Below are positions 29,212 to 43,739 of a stretch of DNA of 64,000 bases, one piece after another. How positions within the stretch are numbered: position 1 is the first letter of the stretch; each line of letters starts with the position of its first letter. The notes below the pieces were generated by a model. It was not told the origin of the DNA. It saw only the letters and a list, made by a program, of their open reading frames with translations, and did not search any database. The DNA lies in assembly GCF_009914755.1 (NCBI RefSeq), contig NC_060926.1; one strand, 5' to 3'. Made by a program: the position numbers and the translations under genes. The DNA is from the human T2T-CHM13v2.0 reference genome, Homo sapiens.

Positions 29212-29650
29212 TGTGATGATTAATTTCATGTATCACTAGACTGAGCTACTGGATGTCCAGAGAGCTGGTTAAACATTATTTCTGGGTGTGTCTATGAGGC
29301 TGTTTTCCAGGAGTGACTGAAATTTGAATATGGTAAACTGAGTGAAGCAGATGGCCCTTCCCATTATGGGTGGGCAACATCAAATCAGCCGAGGGCCTGA
29401 AGAGAACAAAAGGTTGAATTAACTCTGCCTGATTGCTTGGGCTGGTGGTTTATCAATCTTCTGCAGGCCTCGGTGCTTCTGGTTCCCTGCTTTTCAGGCT
29501 TGGATTAGAATCCATTGGCTCTCTGGGCTCTCAGGCCTTCATACTACACCGCTGGCTTTCCTGACTTCAGTTGGCAGATGACAGATAGTGGAAATTATCC
29601 TCTGTAATCATGTAAGTCAATAGCTTATAATACATGTTTTAATAAATATG
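29212..29650 (+). mobile_element. MLT2 (ERVL) LTR
   Basis: 5' TGTGATGATTAATTTCATGT; AAACATTATTTCTGGGTGTGTCT.TGAGG; GAGGGCCTGAAGAGAACAAAAGG. Confidence 0.85.
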
Positions 29651-29680
29651 TATGTCACACACACATATAAACATACATAT

Positions 29681-29920
29681 GATGCTCTTTGATTTCCATT
29701 GTATATTGAAAATACCATAAGTCGAAAATGCATTTAGCACACCTAACCTATGGAACAGCATAGCTTGGACTAGCCTACTTTAAACATACTCAGAACATTA
29801 GCCTACTGTTAGGCAGAATCATCTAATAGAAAGCCTATATATTAAGATAAAGTGTTGACTCACTCACATAATTTGTTGAATACTGCACTGAAAGTGAAAA
29901 ACAGAATGGTTGCATGGGTA
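29681..29920 (+). mobile_element. MER47A-like Tigger element fragment
   Basis: AAGTCGAAAATGCATTT..CACCTAACCTA..CTGAAAGTGAAAAACAGAATGGTTG.ATGGGTA. Confidence 0.75.
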
Positions 29921-29952
29921 TGTAGAGGAGAGAATTAACCTCCAATTTTCTT

Positions 29953-30089
29953 TTTTTAACTTTATAAAAGTTTTTTTTTGTTTGTTTGTCTGTTTTTAAG
30001 TTCTGGGATACATGTGCAGAATGTGCAGGTTTGTTACATAGGTATACATGTGCCATAGTGTTTTGCTGCACCTATCAAACCATTGTCTA
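29953..30089 (-). mobile_element. Very short L1PA (L1PA8-like) 3' end insertion
   Basis: TTAAGTTCTGGGATACATGTGCAGAATGTGCAGGTTTGTTACATAGG; perfect 17-bp TSD TAACCTCCAATTTTCTT at 29936-52 and 30090-106. Confidence 0.93.
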
Positions 30090-30889
30090 TAACCTCCAAT
30101 TTTCTTATGAGTGGCAAGTTATTAGGTTATATATTGCTGAGATCCACCTATATTAGGAGAGAATATCTACTTTTTGTAAATATATAGTTGGAGTCAGCTG
30201 TCCCTTCTATGGGTTCAGAGGCAAAGAGAAATTTATGTTTCTTGAAAGAAATGGTCAGTTATGCTTTGAAATAAATGGTAAGGTTTACACATTTCGGCTC
30301 TTTTTGTAAATCAATACCTTCAACATTAGAATGTAGTTTTGCTTGCTTACATTTCCAAGTGACAAACAGTTGATAGCCATCCTCTTTTTTGCATGGTTAG
30401 GTAAATTTGAGTGAGGAGAAGTAGAGAAACAATCTACAAAGGCCAGAGAAGAGAGAGGAAACAAGGGAGGAGTCAGAAGATGGTCAGAGTATGGTTTGAA
30501 GTTTGTCCAGGGTCTATTCTTTTGTACTTGAGCCTAAAAACTGAGGGCTTATATTAAATGTATATTCCAAAAATATTTAAGATTGACTTCTAAAGATACC
30601 CTTTTTTAAAAAAAACTTCAGTTATAGTCCTAGACTCTCTGTTAGATAATATATATCTAATTTAATTCTCACAAGTATTTCAGGTGGCTTTTCAAGCTCA
30701 TTTAACAGAGGAGCAAAAGGTCAGTTGCTTCCATGGAAAAGTAGGGCCTAAATCCCAGTTCTCATTCATGAACAATTGGAAATTTCAATGATAACTGAAT
30801 ATTTCATAATAACAATAAATTATTTTTGTACATCTGGTAATAGTGTGACTATGTTAATAAAATTAATTCCCATTTTTAGAATTACATGA

Positions 30890-31085
30890 TGGACAATAAA
30901 CAGACAAAATAATACTATTTCTGGGATATGTTCAAAATAATTTGGAGGAAGGGAGTTGGAGAAGGTTGAGGATGGGCCAGGTCTGGCCAGGGTTGATGGT
31001 AGCTGAGTCCAGGCAGTAAGGAAGTTTATTCTACAATACTACTTATATGTATCTTCAAAATTTCTCATTATGAAAAGTAAAAACA
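30890..31085 (+). mobile_element. Old L1MC/ME 3' end fragment
   Basis: TCTGGGATATGTTCAAAATAAT..TGGCCAGGGTTGATGGT..AAATTTCTCATTATGAAAAG. Confidence 0.55.
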
Positions 31086-31142
31086 ACATCAATACTAGGC
31101 CTTTTTGTCTCCAAAGCCCATGCTTTAAAACATTAATGATAA

Positions 31143-31683
<541 letters not shown>

Positions 31684-32457
31684 TCAATAATTGCTTTATT
31701 AATATACTTGGAAAAGAGCCACCATTTCTGTTCTTAAGAGACTGAGTCATCTTTTCTGTTTTTCAATTTCCATATCTGTATCAGCAAAAGTTAAATGAAA
31801 CTATTTTTTTACTACTCTATAATGTAGTTTTTTACTGAAGTTTATCAAACAAGCCAAGAAGCAAACAATGTACCATTTCCAGTAATGAAATTTAAAACTA
31901 CTGAGTCTCAATTCTAAAAGCATGTGACCATACTTTCTATTGACAATTATGTCTGTTAATCCCCTCTTCTGAAATCATTAAACATCTTACTTAATGATGT
32001 TTGGATGTTGCTTAGAGGTTTTTAATGAGGAGTGCTGGTATAATATTACCAAACTCATACATATTGTGTAGCTGGATTTCAGCTTAGAGATTGATTAGTC
32101 TTTTTAAAAAACAGAATATATTCTCTTCATTTTGAGAAATGAAAAAAGGATTATTTACCAATCAAAAGGCGGTAATGTGACAGTCTGAAAAGCCTACTCA
32201 TAGGGCCTGTACAAGTATGGCAGGATTGTAAATATGAATTCATTTTTGTGATGAAAGCAAATCCCTGCCACAAAAACCTAAAGCTTCCTTTATCTTATTT
32301 CAGTTTGCTTTAATGCTGGAGAATGGGCGTTTTGTGATTTAAAAAAAGTTTAAAGGTAGAACCTGACTGTAAACAAACTGAAAGACAATCAGAATAATAA
32401 TACCAATGCATATGACACAACTGCAAAATGTAACAATAAATAAGAAAGTAAAAGTGT

Positions 32458-32704
32458 GGCCTCGTGCGGTGGCTCACGTCTGTAATTCCAACACTTTGGG
32501 AGGCTGAGGTAGGAGGATCACTTGAGCCCAGGAGTTGGAGACTAGCCTGGCCAACATGGTGAAACCCCGTCTCTACTAAAAAATACAAAAATTAGCCAGG
32601 CATGGTGGGGAGCACCTGTAGTCCCAGCTACTTGGGAGGCTGAGGCACAAGAATTGGATGAATCCAGGAGGCAGAGGTTGAAGTGAGGGGAGATCTCATT
32701 ATTG
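32458..32704 (+). mobile_element. 3'-truncated Alu (J/S-type)
   Basis: Left arm, linker and right arm up to GAGATCTCATTATTG; no terminal ~35 nt or A-tail. Confidence 0.93.
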
Positions 32705-33168
32705 GCTGAAAACAAGGTGCAGTAACGTGAGTGGTGGCTCCCTGCTAGACCTCTGTGGGAAGAATTCTCCAGGGAGGGAGGCAGGCCTGACCTGGAGGCT
32801 GGAAAGGGATGGGACCTGGTCCTGTGAGCTCCCAGGTAGAGGGGAGCACTGAGAACACTAAAAATATATTCTTCTGTATTAAGGCATTTTTCTATTAAAT
32901 GGAAGTACCACCAGGGGAGCTAACATGAAATATTTTTCAGTCTTTTTTAACTCAAAAATAAAATGGCTATTTATAAATGTGTCTCCAGTGTGACAGTGTT
33001 CTTCATATGAATGCTGCAGAAATGAGTAGGGCTTTGGTAAGGAATAGGGAGAGGGTGGCTCCTGAACACAACTCTGGTTCAATGCCCTAGGGAGAGGGGA
33101 AGTTTCAGAAGCTAGGGGTGGTGGGAAAGCTCTGAAAATCTGGAACAAAGGTGATAAAACAGGGAATA

Positions 33169-33427
33169 CAGTTGATCTTTGAACAAAACAGATTTGAACT
33201 GCATAGATCCACTTATACACGGATTTTTTTCAACCCAATGCAGATGGAAAATACGGTATTTGCAGGATATAAAACCCATGTAATTGGAGGGCCTGCTTTT
33301 CATATATATGCGCATTCAGTGGGGTCAAGTTTGGGACTTGAGCATGTGCAGATTGGAGTGTATGTGGGGGATACTGGAACTAATGGCTTGCTATTCCTAT
33401 GGGATCCCGAATACCAAGGGATGACTG
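33169..33427. mobile_element. MER8 (Tigger2-family MITE)
   Basis: TA-CAGTTGATCTTTGAACAA..CAAGGGATGACTG-TA termini; internal TCCACTTATACACGGATTTTTTTCAAC. Confidence 0.85.
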
Positions 33428-33855
33428 TAATTCCAAAACGGGGAGTTGCAGAGACCAGAGTGATGTAAGCGAGACACCTACGGTGCAACATTTAAGGCTG
33501 GACTCACTCCCAAGGGCTGCCCTGCACTTGCACCTGAGAATAACCGCCTTAGAAGGTGCCCCAGGTGTCCTCACTTTCTTCAAGTTGCCCTGGTCCCGGT
33601 GCCATAAACAAACTTCACTTAGGATAATTTGCTCAGAACTAATGCTAGTATTCTGAATAATCACAAACATATTATTAAAATGGATCAAAATTCAGATTTT
33701 ATTCCATTTATATCATTTTACATGTATATGTACATTCTAACATCTGTTAGAATCTTTCAATATCTACCCAAGTATCATCTAGCTATCTATCTTTTATCTA
33801 CCATAAATGCTATCTAATAATTTTATATCAGTTCATCACAGAAATAAAGAGAAAC

Positions 33856-33974
33856 ACTCACTTAATCAAAAATATATATGGATAGTTGAATATCTGGTTG
33901 GTTTGCCTGCTTTACTCATTTAATTAAAAACATACCTGAATAGTTAGAACATCTGGTTGGTTTGCCTGCTTTAC
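33856..33974. repeat. Diverged two-copy tandem duplication (~58-bp unit)
   Basis: ATCTGGTTGGTTTGCCTGCTTTAC occurs twice; the 5' halves of the units are diverged but alignable. Confidence 0.9.
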
Positions 33975-36900
33975 ATACAAATGTTAATAAACTCACATTT
34001 CTTTTCCCAACTATATACTAAGAACATCTTTGTATTTAGGAATGGCAAGGGTGGGTTTCCTAGAAATTTTCATGGATATAGCCCATTATCTGGTAAGAGA
34101 AAGATCAAGTGTGCATAATTAATTTTAAATGATGTTAGAAAGTAAAAAGGTCATATGATAAATACAAATGAATAGTTTGTAATAGAGCTGAGAGTAACTA
34201 AAAACAAACTCTTCCAGCTGAGAGGTTTAGAGATCTTCTGAGGAGAATAATATTTGAGATAGATTTTGGAAGACAACAGGTATGTATTTATTAGACCAGT
34301 GCTCTCCAGATAGATTAGATATCAAGAACCAACTAGAGCAGTCTGCTTTTAAGTGGAGTCCTTCAAAAAATACGAAAAAGGAATCATTTTTACAACTGTT
34401 TCAGGGAAAGCTCGTAAGTTTTGTGAAATTATATCTTTTGGTCATTCATCACTCTTTTGTTCCCACTCTCAACATATTTGCAACCCACTCCTAACACACA
34501 CAGGTTAGCCTGAAAATTCTGCTAGACTTAATGTTGTATTTGTAACATAATTTCCGATAGAAAAGATGTTTTCTGTAACAATAATTATGATTATAGTATT
34601 TAAAAATTTTGAAAAGAATTTTGAAAATTCCAAAATAATTCTCTTTTCAGTTTACAGTTTTTTCATGAGCCAATGACTTTCCTATTTGTCATCTTCTCTT
34701 CTTCCTCCAACCCCTTTTCTATATAGGTTTTCTCCTATTAGTTTACTAAAATTAATTTCAGTCTCAATCAAAGACGTATGGCCAGCAGGTCAGTCTAGGT
34801 TTCTTTAAACACTTATTTTAGTTTTTCTTATCTTTTGAATTATTTTTATAATTAAAAGAAGTTCTATTTGTAAAAGAAGAAAGGAAATGTCATTTGATTT
34901 TGAGTGAACATTTTCATTTATAATGATATTCCATTACTTATTTGTAAACATTCCATAGACACTCACTTTTATTTTACCTTTATTAACTACTTTATAAGAA
35001 ATTTTTGATTATGTGTATTAACCATTTGTAAAGTTTCAAATTAGATCACATTTGAATGTTTAATAAAATTTTATAAACATTTAAATTAATTTACATAAGA
35101 AAGTGACATGCTAAATCTTCTTCCTTGCATATACAAGTGAGATTTGCCTATCATTCAGTAAACATTTTTGAGTGTTCCCTATGGGGCACTCTAGTAAGAA
35201 ATGGAAGATCTACTAGCCAATAATAAAGAGGTAGCAAGAGTCAAGGCAGGGTGGAATCTTAATGGAGTTTAGAAGAAATTCCATGTTGGCATTTTTCCAT
35301 CCAGAGAGCTCATTCTTCATTCTTTCCTTTTTTCTCAAAGTTTTTTTCCCTTAGATTCTTTGTGTGTGTTTGGGTTGCGGAGTGAAGGGGTAGAAAACAA
35401 CTTCTTTCCCCAATAAATTTGCCTCTTTATTACTGTGTATTGATGTTTTATGTGAGCAATAGTTATTCATGTATTTAATCTTGGAATTTTCCAACATACT
35501 AAACACTGTAATTCATTCTAATAATTTTCCCAATTGATTCCTTTGAGTTATAAAGATAAGCATAATATCTGAAAACAATAGCTTTATCTACCATCTGCAA
35601 ATAGTTCAACTTTGGCCTCTTCTTATTTTTTTGCATTAATTAAAGACTCCAAAATTATATACTTCCCTCAAATTTTAAGTCATTCATCCACAAAACTTTC
35701 TAAACCAACTGCCTTTTGGAGGATATTTTGACATTTTTCAAATTCGTACTTTGTTCATTTTCTGTTCAGGTTTTTAATTTTATCTTGAATCAGTTCAAAA
35801 ATTAATTCAAAAAATGGAAACATTTGTTATAATTTTTAAGCAAAATCTCCAGTTCATTATTATTTTAGAATTTATTGCTATTATCATTTTATTCTACTTG
35901 AAACAAATGGATATTATCTGTATATAATTTATAACAAGGATTTTTAAACTTGTAATGTGTGAATGTTAAGAAGTTACAGAAAAAGAAAAAAAAGTTTCTC
36001 TGATTAACAAATATTTGGGAAACCTCTGCTTAATCCAAGTATAAAATTTATTTTCTGAAGAATATTTGGAACAAGAATTTACATGTTAATAGATGCTTTT
36101 TATTATTTTGGGGTTATGGAAGATTCTGGAAACTTATTTCATGAAAGAACTCTCATTGATGGGCATAAGCTACACCAAACACTTTGAGGAATCCTGATTA
36201 CCAAATATCCACTGGTGACAGGTCACACAGGCCATCTGTACATTCCCTGTTATACCAGATTTCTCTCTCTCCTCTCTTTTTCTTTCTCTCCCCCTATCTT
36301 TCCTTCAGGTACTCTTCTTATATTAAGTGTCCCCTGAAGTATAATGGAAATAAGATTTTTTTTCTGGGTTAAATGAGAGCACACAGTATTAATAATAGCT
36401 GATAGTTGCTGTGCTTTGAGAGTAATGTGGGGGGTGACAGTGCAGAGAAGAGAAAAGAAAAGTAGGTTGAGCCAAGGAAGGGCAATCATCTGGAGGGTAA
36501 TTTCTCTTCTCCAAGGCTTTCTGTTTTTGTGCTCAAGAAATTCAGCATTGTCAGTGTGATCCTCCTCCACCTTTTCTTGGAACAGCATAATCTCACTTCT
36601 TGAAAAATGAAATTTCTCTGCTGCCATGCAACATCTTTGTGCAAATGAACGAAGGCTGAAAATACAGAGCTGGAATATTTCCCAGATGTATTGTGGGGGG
36701 AAAATTATATAAAATATACTCCCTCAGAACAAATTGTCAAAAATAAATTTTATATATTAAATAACTATAAGAATAATGATGGGAAAAAGACTTCATCAAA
36801 TAAATGTACTGCTAATTATACTTCTGTAAAAGGCGACTTAAAACAATCTAGTTTGCTTAATAAAAAAACAACTCCGCTCATCAACTGTCTCTATCAAATT

Positions 36901-37599
36901 CTTCCTTAACAAATAAATTCCAAAATTCATAATTTTCATAGCAAGTCAAAATTCCTTTAAAACAAATGCTTGCGAAAAGATTATAGTCTTTTTGTATTTG
37001 AATCTGTATTTTATAATTAAAGGTTTCTCATAGTATTTAATATAATAGTAAGCAATCTCTTAGAAGTTGAAGACAATTTTTTTTTAAAAAGTAAGTGCTA
37101 ATGATACATTCCTTTCATACAATGAACTGATGTATAATTGTATTACTCCTTGTTTTCCACATGAAAAGAAAGATGATTGGTAGTTGATTGGTGGAGTGAA
37201 GTGAAAGGAGTTAATTTCTAGGGCATAGGTACTGATGGTGGAGAGAAATATGTCCTCATGTGTATAAGTGGCTTATCATTTGTTACTGATAGATAATTAT
37301 TTGACTTTGAATTTTGAACCCTCTACCATTTTAGACCTTTCTCAAATGAACTTCAGTTTTTCCATTTTGTGTCTCAGAATTTTTCAAGTTAAACCCATTA
37401 CTTTCTCCAAACTAGATTTTTGGTTTGTTTTTTTCTGCTGTCCATACGGTTTCTGCCCATCTGCACTTTCATGCTATGTCTTTTTCCCTTTGTCAATTAT
37501 TAACATTTTTTCTGTCTTTCGAGACCTACCTAAAGTTCAATATTCTCCATAAAGAGATGCATATTCTGGAAGCCCAGTAAAAACGGAAGCAATTGTGTG

Positions 37600-37900
37600 G
37601 AAGACATATCAGAACCTGGGAGTGTGGGAACACTGCATTAGAACTGTAAAAATTGGATTCAAATCTTGGTTCCATCGACAATTCAGTGATGTTGAACAAA
37701 GAAATGATTAGTTCTGATCCTCAATTTTGCCAGTTGATAATTGGGGATGCAAATAACTAGTACATTATCCCCTGTTACTGCAGAGATTAAATGATATGTT
37801 TAAGCAAGGGATATAAGAGCGATTGAGAAATGGAAATTATTATGCATATGTCCCACAATCTGTTAGGTACTTTGCACACAGTAGGAACTTAGCAACTGTC
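37600..37900 (+). mobile_element. MIR
   Basis: TGGATTCAAATCTTGGTTCCA..CCTCAATTTT..GAGATTAAATGA..GCACACAGTAGG. Confidence 0.7.
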
Positions 37901-39899
37901 ACTGTCCTTTCCCCACCTCTGTTCATCTGAAGCGACTATGTCACCATGCCATCTGATATGTATGTGTGTGTATTCACACATGTGCTTCATAGCACCTGAT
38001 CCAATATAATATACAGAATTTTCTCTATAAATATCCTGCTAATGTTTGACTGATTCTCAAAATAAGATTTGTGAATCCTTAAAAATGAGAGGGAAAATAG
38101 AAAAACTAGAGAAAGTTAGAAATGGATCAAATATCCTACAATTTGTGACATATTCATGTGTTTCTCCACATGTCTTATTGTAGACTCCTTTAGGACATCT
38201 AAAAGATTGACACTAAGTCTACACATATTTAATCCCCAAAGCTCCGATTGATTTTGGCTAAGTAGGAGCAGCCAGTTTGGGTAAGTCTGAAGCCCCACTT
38301 GGGCTAAGGGCCCAGTTTTGCTAACAGTGCACATTCAGGGAACACTGTGAGCAATTCTATTTATCTAAGAGTTCAGCCTCGTGCTTGGGCTTGCAGGTGC
38401 AGCTGTAAATTTCAGGTGATTTACAGAGTGGGAAGCACACCAAATCTGAAATTATGATGGAGCTCAAGGCTCACAGCATCTTTTGTCAGATGCTCTGGTT
38501 TTATGAGTTTGGGTGGGTGCCACCACATTTTTCTTCCAAGTGCAATAAAAAAATGATGCCATTCAAGCTGAAAAGCTTAACAACCACTTTACCTTTATTG
38601 AATCTGTAGCTAATGTACTGAAATAGCAGGGGTTTTGCTGCAAATGTAATTTGGGTTTTTGTCTGGGCATCTCTTCATTCCTTAAAATTGGGTTTGTATT
38701 GAGCACAAGTGAGTTACCTAAAAGATCTAAAGATAAAGACCCTGGCTTGTCCTTACCGTTGCTGACAGATGCCCACCTAGACCCAACGAGAAGGAAGCAC
38801 AGGCTTAGAAATCATGGAGACTATTCCTCTAGAAGCCATCTGCTAGACTAACTGTTGCTTTAGATAATTGCTTGACCTCCCCAGGGCTCAATTTTCTTAT
38901 TAATAATTTGACAGAGTGGGAGTAGATGATCTTCATATTTCTTAAAGACCAGAAATGTTCTCTTCTAAGGAAACTTGCATGCTTAGATTTTTAACTTTTA
39001 TTCGTTTTTTTTTTTTTTTTTTTTGACATTCTCTTTATGCACCTCTAAGACCCTGTTCCCAAAGTGGCACTCTCTTCCAGAGATGAGGTAAATTAAACAC
39101 AGGTTTTTGATCCTGAATTATGCTAAAATTTTGACCCTATTTGTTAATCACACAGGAAACACTTACGAGCAAATGGGAAGAAGGAAAAGCAGTACTTTTA
39201 TGATTCTTGAGTTTTAATATAGCTTTTACATAACGTTGAATCATATTGCATGTACATTAAAGACTCAAGGAAGCCTCACTTTTTTTCTAATCCTGTTCAG
39301 ATATAGCTAATGATTTTTGAGCTCTTACTATTGCTACTCAATGTGCTGGGGAATTTCACCTGCATTATTGAATGTGATTATCACAACAACCATATTGAAA
39401 ATTGCACAATAAGAAAGGAGGAGTTGTATTCCAACTCCAAACTTCTAATTCTGACCTAGTAGTCTTCCACAACTTCTGTTCTATGGAATCAAGCCTCTCA
39501 TTACCAGCAAGCATAAACTGAAGGTATCATTCAGCTTACACTCCCACCAAAATCACAGCTTCGTACCATCCTTGAAGCCATCTCTGCTTCATAACATTGT
39601 CTTACTTTCCTCCTAGACATTCTGTAATTCTTTTCTGACTATGCAAATTGTAGGCTTATGTGAAGATCCAAATAAAGTCCCAATCCCCATCAGTAACTGT
39701 AAGTAAAAATTATAACAGATTTCATCTACTTACTTTTCTGAATAGTTTAGTGAATTTTGTCTGTACAACCCTTGGATGCATTTTGCTATTATCTTATGTT
39801 ATTATTTATTAAATTAGCATTTGTCTATACATTCCTTTTTATAAAAAGATTATTTTTCTTGCCATGTAGTACATTCATAATAATTATTTATTAATCTGT

Positions 39900-40560
39900 T
39901 CATACAAAAAGAATTTCAACTTTCCTGGTCCTGAAATATGCAAATATGATAAGGCACTCTTAACTCTTTCAGAACTCAAAGTGTGGAGTGAGATATACAA
40001 ACACTCGAAACAAATACACTTAAATATTACAAAGTCTAATTCAGGACTAAACTTGACTTAAATATTATTATAAGAACAGGTGTGGAAAGGAGCTTGTGAT
40101 TAGGATAGTAGGTTTAGAGGACACATCAATGCAGAGGCTAGAAATTAATTGAAAAGTGACCTTTCTTTCAGACAGGGAAGAATTGTTATATTAGAAAAAA
40201 ACAGTATATTCAAACAGGCACAAGTATGGGTTATTCTAGGAAAAGGGCCTGATTCTGTGTACTAGAGCAGGTAGAATATAGAGAGATGAGACTGACTTTA
40301 TAACTTGGTACCTGTCAAAAGTTTTATGCTATGCTGAAAAGTTTGGACTTGATATTGGGAGACATATTTTTCAGTTTTGTTTTTTGGTTAGCAGAGGTTT
40401 GATGCAATCACATTTGGTGTTAGATAGATAACGCTGGGTACAGTGTGGAGAATAAATGGGGAGGGGCTATTGTCGCTATCATAGCTGTGGTGAAGAAAGT
40501 GAGGTAAAAATTGATTCAAGAGATGTTCAAGAAATATAATCAACAGAACTCAATTGAATT
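39900..40560 (-). mobile_element. L2 fragments
   Basis: ATGCTATGCTGAAAAGTTTGGACTTGAT..TTAGATAGATAAC..TGATTCAAGAGATGTT. Confidence 0.65.
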
Positions 40561-41324
40561 GAAATGGGCTCTTGGTCCCTCTAGATTGTTTTTCCTTTCT
40601 TTTTCTTTTCTTTTTAAATACAAGTCTGCCCTTATTTCAAGATCTAAATTGTTGAGAGCACCTGCCACCATCTAAGTAGAAGTCAATTGCTTTCTTGCTG
40701 ACTTCTTTTTTAAGAACAAATCAAACTCTCGTCCTTGCCCTTTAGATATTAGAGTTATCTTTGGATGAGAACACTGCTTAGTTGTGGAAGAATTGTCAAG
40801 AAAATGATGCCCATATATGTATTTAAAAGTTACCTCCCTATGGTACTACTTAAAATAGGCTAAATGGCAAATCTGTGGATAGAAAAAAAAATGTACCAAT
40901 TTCAAAGAAGAAAGATCTTGAAAGTTGTATTTGAAACTCTCTTTCACAGTGTATATTAGGCATACAATATATCACAAAAGGTGTTAAGGTAAATTCCAGA
41001 TTGTCATTTTCCAGAGGGCAAAGAAACAACACATACAGAATTGTGTTTTTCTGTAAGAACAAATGCATTTCTCATACTACAGTAGATCCTACATCCTAAT
41101 CTACTATGTGTGATGTCTAAGGAAATTTGTTCTCTCAATGCCAAAATGTTTGTTGCCTTTTCCTCCCAGTTGTGGATATTGTTTAAAATTCATATGCCTC
41201 TGCCACTTCTCAAAATTTCAGTTGCTCATTTTTCTGTTCTTTAAAAGGTTTTTAATACTTAAGAAATCATTTATCATGGTCTCTTCCTTCAGTAGCAGTC
41301 ACTCTGAGTTGGCAATCTTACAGA

Positions 41325-41750
41325 TTTTATAATCCCCTTCTTTCCTGGCAACGAATTCTTGATTTTGTTCAGAAATGCAATTACATTACGAGAAGATGAA
41401 CTATGATTACTGTAAAGCAGTAGTGGTAGAACATTATCCACTGTTAGAAATTTACTTTTGTAGTCTTCTGTGAAACTAACATATAGTCATATGATAAGTA
41501 TGGGCAAATGAGGGGTTAGTATTATTATTTTAAAAGCCTTCTGGAAGGATTTTGACTGTCTGATAATACAGATAGTATGCTGAGAATCTGCTTTTACTTT
41601 TCCCTCAATAAATGTATAAATCATTAAATAGAGTCATGATACCCACTGAGGTGGTAGTCATCTTTCAATCAGAAGTAACATGCACAATGACCAAAATACA
41701 AAGCTATGAGGATGGTGGAACAAATGGGATAAAAAAACCTGAGTTCTGAG
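41325..41750 (+). mobile_element. Old MaLR LTR (MLT1J/K-like)
   Basis: CCCCTTCTTTCCTGGCAAC..GATTTTGTTCAG; CTTCTGGAAGGATTTT; GAGGATGGTGGAACA..AACCTGAGTTC. Confidence 0.5.
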
Positions 41751-41891
41751 GTGTGAACATAAATTACTCTCTGAGGGCAAAAAACAAACAAACAAACAAA
41801 AATCCTGATTTGTAGCATTTGCCAATTTTAATGTATACATAATCTAACTATAGTTGAATTTACCAATCACAGAACATCCAGCACACCACTG
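41750..41891. mobile_element. MER63-like hAT fragment
   Basis: CCTGATTTGTAGCATTTGCCAATTT and terminal CCAGCACACCACTG. Confidence 0.55.
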
Positions 41892-41969
41892 CCTGGGTCC
41901 CTTATGACATAAATGAGCTACTGGGCTTGCTCTAGATTATCTAACTTAGATGTCGCTACTTACTTATTT

Positions 41970-42485
41970 TTAAAAATACTTAACTAAACATCTACTATAT
42001 GTCAGGAGCTCTCCAAGGCATTTGGGATACATCATTGAATGAAGTATAAAAAAGAAAATCCTTTTTTTTTTTTTCACAGAGCTAAAATTCTATAAGGGCG
42101 AGAAAGACCATCAACAATCAACATAACAGATAACTACATTATGTGATATTTTAGAAGTTGATAGCCTCATTAAAAAAAGAAAGAAACAGTAGAGCAGAGT
42201 AAGGAAGATAATAAGAATCTAGTGGCCAGAAGAGGCAAATTGTAGTAATAAATAAGAAGGTCCAGATAGGACGCATTGAGTCAGTGACATTTGACCAAAA
42301 TTTTGAAAGAGAAGAAATGTTTCACTAATTAGATATCTGCGAGCGGAGCATTCCAGGCAGAGGGGACTGCAAGAGCAAAGGCGGTTGCTCAGGAGCCTGC
42401 TTGCGGAGACATCAGGAGCAACGTTAGCAAGAAAAAGGAGGAAAGGTAACTGGCACAAGATCATGGGGCCCGTGTAAGCCATCAG
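41970..42485 (-). mobile_element. L2a 3' region
   Basis: AACATCTACTATATGTCAGG..TGGGATACATCA..GTGACATTTGA..AGCATTCCAGGCAGAGGG..GCAAAGGC. Confidence 0.8.
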
Positions 42486-43170
42486 TTGTTAAAGCAGTGA
42501 ATATTATTGCTGAAATAACTGAAGAAAAGTTACTGATTCCTATCTAGGACAAAGATGGATAATTATGAATGCCCTGCCTTACTGATAATCCTTCAACATG
42601 AAATCCAGAACCTGAGTTATTACAAATTTTATAAATTTTCACTTTGTTATAAAAGAAAGCATACAGTCTACATTTTGCCTTATTTGATAAATAATAGATT
42701 CATATCAAACACTTCATAAAATTTCTGTTAAAACCAAATTACAAAACATTCTGGGAATAGATTAGTGCCGAAGTAAATAGACTTCACTTATCCCAATCTC
42801 TTTCTTTGTCTTCCTCATTCTATTTAACAAAACTACCAAAAGGATGTACAAAGACTGATGATTTTTAATAAAAATTAGAATAAATAACAACATGCTAAAA
42901 ATGTAAAAATATTTTCTGAAAGCATATATGCAGATGAGTCTAGAGAGTGGGTCTGAGGGCATTAATTTACAGGAAGAGAAATCACTGTCCTGTAGGCATA
43001 TTTCTGTATTGCATGGGACTATGAGAGCTTAATAACAAGACCCTCAGTTGGGTGGAGGGTGGGGTGGTGTCTACAGAAAGCACAAATAACGCTGTTATTG
43101 AAGGGTAAGAAGCAGTAGTACAACTCACCTAGATAAAGCCCACTCTGGAAGTTTTTAAAATGGGGAATTA

Positions 43171-43584
<414 letters not shown>

Positions 43585-43739
43585 TTATCAGTTATATATT
43601 TTTAGTTAATTTTATATTGGATATAATATCCACTATGGTTGAAGTGCCTGTTAAGAAGGTCTCTCATATATGTAAATATCAAAACAAACCATGTACTGCT
43701 AAGGAATAATTAGCCTACATGGATAAACATTATCAATAT

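Noticed and set aside
36250-36655. 125-aa minus ORF and a 59-nt exon-like unit (36597-36655, TATTTTCAG..AA|GTGAGA)
   Set aside because: No homology recognised, short pyrimidine tract, frame not preserved; weaker than the 3572-3664 candidate.
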